A stretch of 64,000 nt of DNA from Picochlorum sp. SENEW3 (lineage: Eukaryota): positions 558,001 to 622,000 of the forward strand of contig CP120455.1 of NCBI GenBank assembly GCA_034226945.1, given 5' to 3'. This document shows, piece by piece, positions 1 to 11,200 of this stretch; positions within the stretch are counted from its first letter, which is position 1; every line of letters starts with the position of its first letter. The notes under the pieces are model-generated. The model did no database searches, was not told the DNA's origin, and saw nothing but the letters and a program-made list of their open reading frames with translations. Both the position numbers and the translations under genes were made by a program.

Positions 1-84
1 TTCAGTAGAAAATGATTGAAAAACATGTTGGACTGTAGTTTCGGACACCCATACCAGAGGCCAGTCACAGACAATGCAAAAACA

Positions 85-806
85 AAGTAACTGAAGTAAC
101 TAAAGTAACTCTGCATCATTGGAGTGTAAGCCATCGCATTCCAGTAAATATATGGACTCGAAGACAAAACTTGAAGATATTCGAAGTAACCCCTAAAGTA
201 ACTTCAAGTAACTGCGTCATTGACAGTCCAATATATATCAAACATGCCCATGTTCATGCATCTTTTGGCAGACTTGGATGCATGCATGGACTGTTGAATC
301 AGTCCAGCATTTTTTGAAACAAGCACGATTGATATTCCGAGTATATGGATATATAGGCTTTGGGAGATGTATGCCAGTATATTGCCATATGGTTCCTTCA
401 TGTTTTTGTCAAGTAGTAGAAATTTGGTGGAATCAGTAAAAGTGGTAAGAGAGTTGATGTGATAGCTGGGCACTTCTACCATTTTTACCATTTCTACCAG
501 TTTTTTTTCAAAAAGTTTTTTTTTCAGGGATATATATGTTTATATATAACATATAAATGTAGGGACTTTTCCCCCCAAAAGTGGTAAAAGTGGTAGGACT
601 GAGGCTAACAGGTCACAACAACTGGAACAGCCTGCCTGACACATGTATGTTGCTGGAGTGATAGTTCGGCGATCCATTTTCAAATCTGGTAGCACTCTCA
701 AAGGAAAAGTCTTTGAAAATTTGATAGAATGCATTGGGTGGCACTCGACTCGAACAGCACATAAAAATCATCCATACCAACAAAATGGTAGGCAAAAGTG
801 GTAGTC
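85..806. repeat. Clusters of short motifs (AAGTAAC x6; AAAAG/ATGGTA in both orientations), possibly transposon subterminal repeats
   Basis: AAGTAAC(T) is repeated at ~86-110 and ~184-213. AAAAGTGGTA/AAAATGGTA occurs at ~438, ~577-597 and ~782-804, and inverted (TACCATTT) at ~477-498. Confidence 0.5.
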
Positions 807-900
807 AAATATGAGGATGCATGACACATAATGCCTAGGTTGTGGGTGCCCCTTTTCATCTCCGCACATGACAGTGCTTATATCGTAAACTTTGGCTACT

Positions 901-2151
901 TTACACATACCATATAGAATCTTTCATAGCTTTCGTCTTGGCTGCTTGTTGTTGTCTGGCCTTGGATGCTTTGATGTGACTACTACCGTTGTTCCAGGTT
1001 GGCTTGACAGGGCCTGTAGATCGAGCACGCTTTCTCTTCGTAGCGTTAGACATATTCTCGTGTTTTCTTGGCGTTAGCATTGGTTGAAACACGTGTACAT
1101 GCTCAGAGTGCACTGTCCTCCACACCTGATGGCCAACTCCACTCTCAAACCATTCAACCAAGGCATCTGCATGATATATGATGCAATTGTATTGTCAATT
1201 GATGTATTGATGTGGTCCATTACTGTTCATGTAGTCTATTTAATATGATATCACGCACCAGATACACGGAACCCCAGTTGTCTGTACGTTTCCAAGTGAT
1301 TGTACTGATGATCCTGCAATGCTACTGCTACATGTGCAATCTCACATGGGACCAAACAGAGGAAAGGGTCATCGCGATGTACCAGTGACCTCCATTCGCC
1401 ATAATGTTGTTTCGTCGCGTGTTCGCTGTCATTGTTGTATTTGAGACTCGCAGCAGCAATGGAAATCTTAGCTGCTGAATTCCCATTCTCAGCTCCTCCT
1501 CCTGCATCATCTGCATTCCACCCCATCAACGAGACTTCCCCATCATCTGTGGCCCCTTCAATATCTAGAATGGAATCTTGGGAATCTTCTACCGCCAGTG
1601 CAAGGCTAGATGGAGCCAAGGATGATGATGGTGGTGGCACTTTCTTGTCTTCTCCAACTATTTGCACATCCAATTCAGCTGCATCAGATGCAACGTGCTC
1701 CTCTACCGTTGTGCCATTTCCATCCGTAGCGTCCTTGTCGACCTGATCACAAACCTGATTGGTTGGTACATCGGTATCGTCCTTGTCCGCAAGAACGTCA
1801 TTCAACACATCACTGAGGTGTGCTTGAAAAGACTCCTTCAAACCTGGGGAGCCCACAATCTCCACAACCTCTGCAGCAAAGAAAACTCTTTCAGATGCAT
1901 CCATGACAAGTATCACAATGCACCAAAAGGCACGCACCATGCACTTGACCGCTCCTGTTCTGTCTGAGAGCTTTGACCAACAGCACATACTGCCCACCTT
2001 CAAGTGTGGACATCTTCCTCCCGAGAGTGTGCTCAGCAGATTTGGCAACTCGTCTCAGGTGCTTCAGAGTCTTGGTGACAGGTTTCGGACGGTGGTAATC
2101 ACGCTGGACAATCCTATGTGTGTTTCCATCTTGATCGGGTTCGCTCATCAT
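901..2151 (-). CDS. Hypothetical multi-exon protein (acidic middle, basic C-terminus); 3' end uncertain
   Basis: ORFs 1891-2151, 1251-2048 and 901-1161 join in frame through GTGCGT..TGCAG introns at 1871-1937 and 1167-1258. Confidence 0.55.
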
Positions 2152-2729
2152 GCTTCAAGGGTCCACAAGTCTTGGTCTGCAGTGGAAGATCAACCCAGGT
2201 GTGAACTCTACTACCGCCACACGTGCGCCAACACCAACGCGTGATCGTTAGCCCGTGAAAACACATCATTTCACGTTTTATATACACGTGTACAACTAAT
2301 ATTGTGCCAAATAAATTAATAATCACGTGTTTCCTCTTCCGGGTCTTGTTTTGGCACCCCACGAGCAGAGGGCCTTATTCTAGGCCACTTCTCTGTATGG
2401 TAACGTTGCATATGCACGAGGTAAATGGCCAGAAGAACCATTTCCAAAACAGACTGTAATTACCACAACAAAAGTTTGGATTCATTTTAATGATACAATG
2501 TAAGTATCAATCCCAAGATAACCCCAAATACGCAGGTGAGCAACTCTCTTTTGCTTTGGCTACCCAGTAACCGCTTTTCTTAGATAGTCTACAGTGTCTG
2601 TGCAGGTACCGAGTCTTCCCTTCCGCGTCCGAGACAGAGATACCAAGGTAAGTTTTTAATCTTTGTTTGTGGTGCAGGTCCATGATGACGCGCTGATAGG
2701 GAGACTCTCCGTCTGTCACCAGACGGTTA

Positions 2730-2802
2730 ACGGTTGTAGCCACTGAACCGCCCGGTCCACCGGTAGAGGTGCATCGGGCGGGTACTCAGTGGCTACAACT
2801 GT
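2730..2802. other. Long near-perfect hairpin (~73 nt)
   Basis: ACGGTTGTAGCCACTGA pairs with TCAGTGGCTACAACTGT. Inner stems are CGCCCG/CGGGCG and CACC/GGTG around a 6-nt loop. Confidence 0.8.
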
Positions 2803-3106
2803 CTAATCAATAGCATTCATATTCTTCCATCGTGTAAGAGCAAAAGTAAAAGTATCGAGCGAGCTGCCGGGGGCGAGCTCCGAGGCAAGTGTCGTAATTA
2901 AGCATTAAATATTATCCCGAATTAGTATGGACAATCGGTGTGAAATTTTTTGGCCAGGACCGGCCTTCCTCCGCCCTAAGCTGCCTAAGCTATAGGCCTT
3001 ATATAAGGCCGTCATAGATCGGGTGTAACGATCGATCTCGATATCCGGACCCTCTATACCGTAGGCGCTAGCTAGCCAGGGGGATATTTGGTAATTTTCG
3101 GAAATA

Positions 3107-3334
3107 ATGGACCAAATGAAACCTGAGGACACTAGCATCGTTCCGTATGTGGCCATTGATCCTCGCATCGGAATTGTTGCAATTTTCATCACTCTTGCTT
3201 GGGCCGTAGCCAGACACGGACAGCAAATGGTTCATACTGGCGTTTTCCTGATTACATTCATCATTTCGGTATTGTTTGTGTATCAAACAGTGTACGAAGT
3301 TCTTCATCATCTGTATTACTTGTATTACAGGTGA
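3107..3334 (+). CDS. Possible small membrane protein (75 aa, two hydrophobic segments)
   Basis: ATG-initiated ORF downstream of a palindromic TATATAA element (2995-3010); no recognised homology. Confidence 0.25.
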   Translation: MDQMKPEDTSIVPYVAIDPRIGIVAIFITLAWAVARHGQQMVHTGVFLITFIISVLFVYQTVYEVLHHLYYLYYR

Positions 3335-4385
3335 TCCCAAGGAAGCAAAGGTCAGGGTTCCTTTCTTGGCCAGGGTTGTAAACGTCGGAGCGTAAGATAC
3401 ATAATCTACTGTGCTACCGCTAACTTTTCGTGATTTCCTCAGGATTGCTGAATTTTTGTGTCCGCGAACTCTGCGCGTATAGCAGTGGCCTCAAACACTC
3501 TCTGCTTTGGAACTTTGGATTGTCTGCTGAAGTTTCTGCAATCCCGGCATTTCAATTGTTTTTGATTCGCAAATGTTTGGCGGCAGCCCAGTATATGTAT
3601 ATTTCTTTAGCTGCATGTAACAACCATCATTGTAACGGCAGCACAGTATATTGATGTTTTTTTAATTACAATGAATCACAGTGTCACGTCGACGTCCACT
3701 TTTTATACTGTTGCTGTTAGGCCTTTTGTATTCGTCGCCAGTCTCTTGAGGTCACCGAGGTATGACTCCAGCGGACATGCCTAAGTCTCAGACAGTGGAC
3801 CAAACATTCTCACTTGATGAGCGATGTGACCGAGAATATACATTGCCAATGGTAAATGCATTGCAGGAATTCGGTGCTCAAGAGTGCACGTCAATCACAG
3901 GAGATGTGAGGTTTTTTAGAAGCCAGAGGAGTTCGTCTAAGGCCTCCACAAGCTCCAAGTCGACACCTCCGTAGTATAGAATTGTCGAAAATACCCCAGT
4001 CAAGAGAAATTGCTTCATTGGAGCTGAACCTCCGTGTCCTTATCTCCGATGTCCTTGTTGCCTAGCCGAGCCTTCCTGAGAATCCCTGTCTGCATCTTTT
4101 TTTTCTGGATAATTTCGTTGGCTAAACACATTAATTAGACAATTTCTTCATCTGATGAAGAGGTTTACATGAGTTTTTACCACTTTGGAATGTCCAACAA
4201 GGTTTCCTGCTTGGTAAAGCCACTGTTATTATATCATCTTTAGTTCTCTTCTTAGTAGGCTTTAAAGCCCATTTGTTTTCTTCCGATAATAAATTCCTCT
4301 CGAAAAAGAGCTCCTTTCTAGTTTTGACACTCTCACATTCGCTTCGAAAAAGCCTCTGTAATTTGACGCCGCAGTTCTTTGCGGT

Positions 4386-4644
4386 ATGCAAGACAAGGAT
4401 TATGTGCAGCACCATATTGAAAAGGATGGAAGTCATCTGTGGTCACTGTTGAGCAATAAAAAGAACCCTGGGTACTTGTATATTTGCGGTGATGGAAAGC
4501 ATATGGCAAAGGATGTGAATCGTGTGCTTCATCATATTGTGGAGAAGGAAGAAGGGTGCTCTGGAAATCAGGCGGAGGCGATTGTGAAAAAGATGGCCGA
4601 TCAGGGTCGGTATCTCAAGGACGTCTGCAGACACCAGCTGGTGA
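4386..4644 (+). pseudogene. NADPH-cytochrome P450 reductase C-terminal fragment
   Basis: Sequence KDYVQH..YLYICGDGKHMAKDV..GRYLKDV. No upstream FMN/FAD domains. Removing 4628-4640 restores the terminal DVW-stop. Confidence 0.8.
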
Positions 4645-4764
4645 AGAGGCATTGTTGGAGCGTGTGTCATTGATTTTTTTAATTCATTTGATTTTATTTC
4701 GTACCCTTCTTCGAGTAAAAAGGTAGATACTGAAGTAGAATATAAAATTCCAGTAGGACTATTA

Positions 4765-6423
4765 TTATTCTTCCTCGTCGTCGCTATCATCCTGCGGCAC
4801 ACACTCTACACTAACATCCCACCTGCTGCCAGGAGCGCTAGAGGCCACATATTTGACAAATCTCATGAGTCCTTCATCGCGCAAAACAATGCTGATGGCG
4901 TTAAAGGCTGCAGAGATATTCAGAACGCCAGACTCGTCATCCTGTGCTTGTCGATACACTTCTGCTGGGCCATCCTCTTCTTCATCTGCAAGCAGATATG
5001 CTTCAAACCCGCCGCACTCTCCATCAGCCCAGGACGATTCGTCCATGGATGCTTCATCAACAAAGGTCAACACAACATCGAGACGAGGATCTTTGGTCAA
5101 GATACCATAATGCGCGACTGTATAATCTAATCCTGGTCGAAATCGTCGTATTTCTCTACGGTTCACCCCATCCATGGTCAATGTAGTGAAGCTGCGGATC
5201 AGGTTGGCAAACGGAACACTACATATAACCTTATCACAGAGCTCTCTCATTGTACTTCCTAACCGCCTATGCGTGGATTCCTGTGTTGATGCATCCCCAG
5301 TGAACTCTAGGTAACGTTGCATATGCGCCGGCCCTCGCAATGTCCAACCATCCTTCATCCCGGCATCATAGGCAGGCCTCTTCCCATGACCAACACCATC
5401 CTCTGCATCTATCTGTAGCATATCTCTCTGCACTTTTTCCGCAGTCTCCTCATTCAAAATATTTATTAAATGAATTGACCCATCACATGCAAACTTTTCC
5501 TGAATCTTTGCGGTTCCCCTTCCATCCAAGTACATGGGATTGATCCACTGCTTCAAATACTCGGCATCCTGGGCAGAAATTGTATACGGCTCATCATCTC
5601 CAACCACACGTTCAGTTCCAGACACGGACATGAATTCATTATACTCTTTAACAGAATTTCCTTTATCACCTCCACCACGCGATTGAAGCATTTGCAGAGT
5701 AGGCAACGCCGCATTCTCCTCCTTATCTGGCAATGGCCCATGAAACCAGCCCTGAAGACTCATCCGTGGCTTTTCATTCGTCATGACTTCCTGAATCGAA
5801 TGAAAGCTCTTCCCCGGCTGCACTTTAAACATTGCCATAGTATTCCAAATAGGTAACGCTGTAGCTGTCGGAATAGGATACGGCACCTGGGGTGCCTCTG
5901 GATCCTCTGGGTACAGCTCCAATGCGCCCCCATCCTCCTCACTCCAACCTTTATCAGGATCTGTCAGGTAAATAATATACGACACACGCCGATCCCCAAT
6001 CACATCATCATGACACAGCAGATGACCACCTACAGGATGAATATTACACGCGCAATCTGTCGTATCCGACAACTCACCACACCCTGTAATCTCTGACACA
6101 AACTCTCGAAACTCCTTGGAATATACCGCATCCCGCAACGCCAGCAAATTAGGAATCTTCTTTTTCTTTTCATCATCCAATGCATTTAAATTCGCAAGAT
6201 CCACTGTCTGTAACATTTTGAACAGATCAGTCTCCTTGTACGTAGCATCAAAATTCTCAATAATTTCCTCCCGAACCCTTCTCAGAATAGCATCATCACA
6301 AAAGTCTTTAATGATGCAATGTGGGTATGGATCATTCTGGCCATAGGCGTCTTTCATACTCCTGTACTCGTCTGAATTCCTATCAAATATCCCTTGACGC
6401 ATCACATGCGTCGCATCCATCAT
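4765..6423 (-). CDS. OGFOD1: Prolyl 3-hydroxylase OGFOD1/Tpa1 (2OG-Fe(II) dioxygenase acting on ribosomal uS12)
   Basis: Motifs HLLCHDDVIGDRRVSYIIYL, SFHSIQEV and RMSLQGWFH. C-terminal Ofd1 domain (RRFRPGLDYTVA, VLRDEGLMRFVKYV). The ATG at 6423 is preferred over the TTG at 6468. Confidence 0.9.
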   Translation of the reverse strand: MMDATHVMRQGIFDRNSDEYRSMKDAYGQNDPYPHCIIKDFCDDAILRRVREEIIENFDATYKETDLFKMLQTVDLANLNALDDEKKKKIPNLLALRDAVYSKEFREFVSEITGCGELSDTTDCACNIHPVGGHLLCHDDVIGDRRVSYIIYLTDPDKGWSEEDGGALELYPEDPEAPQVPYPIPTATALPIWNTMAMFKVQPGKSFHSIQEVMTNEKPRMSLQGWFHGPLPDKEENAALPTLQMLQSRGGGDKGNSVKEYNEFMSVSGTERVVGDDEPYTISAQDAEYLKQWINPMYLDGRGTAKIQEKFACDGSIHLINILNEETAEKVQRDMLQIDAEDGVGHGKRPAYDAGMKDGWTLRGPAHMQRYLEFTGDASTQESTHRRLGSTMRELCDKVICSVPFANLIRSFTTLTMDGVNRREIRRFRPGLDYTVAHYGILTKDPRLDVVLTFVDEASMDESSWADGECGGFEAYLLADEEEDGPAEVYRQAQDDESGVLNISAAFNAISIVLRDEGLMRFVKYVASSAPGSRWDVSVECVPQDDSDDEEE

Positions 6424-6924
6424 AGCGTTCTTCTCGAGAGTCAAAACCAGTCTTTTTTCTCGTGCCAACCTCGGCGCAGAATCTCGCTTCTCTTTGATTT
6501 ATATATCGTTTTGAAATATATATCAACTGATATCGTTCACAGTGATTGATGAGCGTTGAAGAACCGAACAAAGCAAAGCACGCAACAACACAAATGGCAT
6601 GCGCTTCGTCTCACGCTATCTTCTAGCCTTGATACAATCTCCTCAATTCAAGAATCCCTGATGAATTTTAAATAAATAGTTTGCAATATGTATTCCAAGG
6701 GGCTGGTGTATCGCTGTTACATGTCTCCATCGACTCGAGACACAAATCTGCTGGATGGGACACGTCACCTGTGTCAAACAAAGCTCTGTTTTGCGGAACA
6801 GAGTGTCATGCTGATCTCTCAGGCAGGAGAAAGCCAGCATCCTATGCTCTTTCTGAGATTTACAACACCATTAATGCTACTACTGGGGTGCCTTTATGGT
6901 ATAATCAATCTAGAAGAGTTTTCC

Positions 6925-8065
6925 CCTCATGCATGATCATGATGGTGCATGTACGTGTGCTCGCAATAATTCGGGATCCCGAATTGATCCGTCCCGGTTT
7001 GAATTTGTTGCATGGTAGTTACGTCGCGTTTGTGTCTCGAATCGCCATAAACACTATTATATATTTAACAACTTTTCAATATGACTGATGCTATTTTGAT
7101 TGATGTTATTTTGGATAAAAGCATGAACATAAACCTTCATGACTTTATGCGATGGCAAGATTCTACCTCATACCTGCGCTCGAGTGTCGCGGATCAGCTT
7201 TTCAAACTTGGAAACAAGGTGGCATTCGTAGAAGCGCAAGCAATCGCCATGGTGAAGAAGGTCTGTGCTGAGTATGTGAAACCAAATCATGGGAACCTAA
7301 ACGCTGAGACCATAGTGCGGCTGGAGTCCGAGGAAGGATGGGACTGGACAGATGGTGGCAAGGAATATCTGGCCGACCGTCGTAAGTATTTGGCCCTCGG
7401 CACGTGGATTATTCTACAGAGACTCGAGTATGCATCGACAAATCATGGCCGCCTCTCCGCATGGCATATTCAAAAGCTCCAAAAGCTTCGTGGGTGGAGA
7501 TGGTCTGGTAATTTTAGACTTTCCGAGATTAATTTGATGGGCTCCTGGATAGAAAAGCAGCGTCGAGAGTACGCCAAACCCAACCACGGTCATCTATCCA
7601 AAGTAGACGTTCGGAAACTGGAATCATTTCCAGGATGGACATGGAGCGGTCCACTCGGCTGGAGAGAAGAAGCAACACGCACTCAGAAATGAGAGCACAG
7701 AGTTCTTCTTCTTTCAAAGAGTGAATTCAACTATGTCTGTCTGTATTTCGTCTTCATATGCGAGCATATGAGGATTATATATGTTTCAAAGAGAGAGATG
7801 TGCAATGAAGATTCCACCACTGTGGCGGTGAGATGATGAACCAAGAAGAGAACACCATGCATGCATGAACGCCGAAGAATACATCATGCAACTGAGGCAA
7901 TATACCTCAGCAGAGGATTTCATATCTTTTTACTCTATCCATGAATGCATGAAATTTGTAATGAAATGAACGACGTTAGTGTTACTGTCAACCAAATGTG
8001 AATCTGTGGCTGAATAGACATTCTCTCTCAATTCTGTGGCTGGGGGAACGCCGCTATGGACTCGC
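6925..8065 (+). repeat. Direct repeat copy 1 (~1.1 kb), left border of the NRPS island
   Basis: 6956-7053 is identical to 20811-20908 (98 bp). Similarity continues through the ORF and ~370 bp of 3' sequence. Confidence 0.9.
7081..7692 (+). CDS. Helicase-associated (HA) repeat protein, copy 1
   Basis: Three repeats of W-I-x-x-QR-x-EY...NHG-x-LS...KL...GW-x-W, resembling the HA (PF03457) motif. Intronless, with no helicase domain. Confidence 0.7.
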   Translation: MTDAILIDVILDKSMNINLHDFMRWQDSTSYLRSSVADQLFKLGNKVAFVEAQAIAMVKKVCAEYVKPNHGNLNAETIVRLESEEGWDWTDGGKEYLADRRKYLALGTWIILQRLEYASTNHGRLSAWHIQKLQKLRGWRWSGNFRLSEINLMGSWIEKQRREYAKPNHGHLSKVDVRKLESFPGWTWSGPLGWREEATRTQK

Positions 8066-8200
8066 ACAAATCTGGTGCTGCTAGTCGACGTGCATAGTGT
8101 ATCTTCATGCATCACAATCCCACTGATAAGGTTCTCTTATACGTCTGATGTCGAGAAACCCTGTTCTTTGAAAGGACTCTAGAGATGCTCTTTTCCACAG

Positions 8201-11200
8201 TTAGGGATCCTGCAGAAAGCACATATACCTCATGAATAAAGGGCATAAACTCCTCGATGAAGCAGAATGAATGCACAGAAATGTATAAGACGGACTTGTT
8301 AGAGATATGAGCTCGTCTGAATGCTTCAAACTCATCGTCTTTTCCAGAATTCTAAGATTTAGAATCTTCAATCTGGCATATGGCACTGCTGGAATACCTT
8401 TCCAGCAGTTCGACCTTTCGATCCTTTCGCCCTGCACGAATGACAAATCAAAATTCAAGATTTGGCTGTCACATTAAAGAAGATAGCATTAGGCTGGGGG
8501 CATCGTACCTTCAATACCAGGGATAAATGATCGACCTGAGAGTCCGCAGACATGCTAGAGCCAGGTAAAAGTGTTGTCCGTGATCCAACCCATGCTTGAT
8601 TTCCTATTTCTGTTTTGATGTGTTCAATTACCTGATTTTCAAGTGTATGTCCACTTATTACTGATTCTTGTCCAATGATGGATCTATCGCCGATTTGGAG
8701 GAGGTCCATTTCAACCCGACGGAATGAGAAATAGCAAACATTCTCACCGATTTTTGCCCCCAATAGGCGTGCCCACCAAACAAGCCAGACGGATCCCCCA
8801 AGTTGATTAATCAATGAACATTGAAGCATAACATTTGTCAAAAGAATCCAGGAAGTATAATGGTAGGAATAAAATGGATGGACTGATGTTGTATATTTCC
8901 CTGCAAGTATCCATTTCAGACAGAACATGATGAATGCCTGCACGAACTCCCCAATGACAAATACTGGAGGAAAAATGAGAAGATACCAATATATTGAAAC
9001 CCTTCCATCCGCAAGCATTTTTCTGAACGCCCACAAAAGCAAGAATATCGAGACAACAGAGCAATATGTAAGCACAGGTTGGCAGACAGTCAATGCCACC
9101 TGTGAAACCCAATATCTGCGAAGCAGATCTTTTGGAGGCGTCTCTTCTTCCTCTGGTATATTGTTTTCCCGTAAATGCTTTGCTGGAGCACCAACCCAGA
9201 CAGTTCCAGATTTGAACCTGCTATTGGGTGATGCATATGTCATATCACCAAGAATGGAGTAACTTTCAACTGTCACTCCTTTTTCTATGACAGCAGAGTT
9301 AGTAACAGCAACTTTGGAGCCCATTGTTACACCCCATTCGAGGAGCACATTTGCCGCTATTTCAGTGTCATCTCCAAGACATATCAAGTCTGGCTCAGCG
9401 CAGTGAGTGAGTCTAAGCATGGGTCTCTTCCCTATTTTTGCTCCTAGCAATCTTAAATACAACGACATCCATACCGTGCCACTTAAATGAACCCATAAAA
9501 CTTGTATAGGTGCATCGCTCATCAATCTCGTCATGGCCCAATGTCTAAAAACTGTCCATGATGTAGGGACCTTACTCCTGGGTGGCCTACCAAGGACCAG
9601 ATGTTTAAGCAGAAGAAATTGAAGGTAGAAAACGTGCGGCATAAGGTAGAAGACAAATATTGGCATTAAAAGCATGATTGAAAGCCAAAACGTTTGTCCT
9701 ATGGGTGCTCGAATCAAATCAATGAAATTTCCCTCAACCTTGACACCATTGTCATATTTTGGCATCAGGCCAGTGTATAAGCCATAAGCACAGGCACAAA
9801 CAGTGCACAGGCAGATGACATACATGCATGTCAAGACGATCAGAAAGGTACATTGGAGAATTTTCACCAATGGAGACCGCAGGATTTTGGCCTCAGCTGT
9901 CAGTTCAGTCTGGACATTTGCACCTGAGCCAGCAAGTGCTTCATCATATTGCTTTGCATTTGCCGTTGACATCGGAGGAACCGCTGTGTTTTCTGGGACC
10001 CGAGAACCCCCTGGGACGAAGCATCTTTTTCCCAAATAGCAACCTTTGCCAATTTGAATCGGCTGAATTACCAGTAAACCTCCAGCTTCTATAGTTGCAG
10101 GCTCAATGGCAGCACCAGAATCAATTATGACGCCATCTTCAATGACCACCAAATCAGGCTCGTATATTGTTGCCCAGCTCTTCATCGTCACATTTTTACC
10201 TATTCTTGCACCAAAAAGTCTTAAAACGGCCGAGTGAAAGCACGTTTCTTGTAAAGAATTCGACCAAAAGTGCACAACATCCATGACTCTTTTAGACATC
10301 ATCCATCTGCAGTAGTAGAAACTCCAAAGAGGGTATTTACCCGGCTTGATTCGACCCCACATGATAATTCTCAAAATAAGCCAGCAAACAATAAACAGCA
10401 ATGGAAGGTCTATCATTACAACGGCGATTGCAATTCCTATTGCAGGCCAGGGGCCGAACCATGCCCAGCATTGCAGTATGACTGTTATAGATGGTAGGAC
10501 TACAGCTACCTGAATGGTCGGCCTAATGAAGAAGGACACAAACTGCATAATAATTGGCAGTACAGAATTCGAATCATTTGAAGACCATGCAGAAACAGGC
10601 TTGATTTCAGCTGTAGACTTTCCATCTTCGATCCCAAGGGTTTTCATTAGTGCCGCCAGCGACCTTACAGTTGGTGCATCATAAAGAGACGTTGAAGGAA
10701 GCATATCTGCATCCATTTCTGTTCGAATTGAACTGATCAAAATACCGGCAAGTAGTGAGGATCCTCCTATTTCCCAGAAATCATCAGTGACCCCAACATC
10801 AGTCACGTCAAGAATGTTTTCAAAAAGTTTCTGTAGCTTCTCTTCCAAGGCACCCTCAGGAGCAACATATTCATTTTTACCTTTCGCTGCTTGAACATCA
10901 TCCCATTTGGGCGTTGGAAGTGCTTTTGTATTTGCTTTACCTGCATTTCAATATCTCAATATAATAACTAGGAATGCAGTGAGCGAGATTGGCAGACCAG
11001 CAAAATATCAAACTTGCCTGTGGGAGCGAGGGGAATTTCATCCAATGTGATCATGACAGCCGGGACCATGTATACCGGAAGTTCTGCACGCAAATGCTGC
11101 ATGCATTTGTCTACTTCTATCTCAGACTGCAGGTATTAGAATATGTGACGGCAAGTTGTACAATGTCTCGTTTAAATCGTTTCTCGGCATACCTTGGGGG

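Noticed and set aside
3762..4436. Short ORFs between the hairpin region and the reductase fragment
   Set aside because: No recognisable motifs or consistent splice structure; probably degraded sequence.
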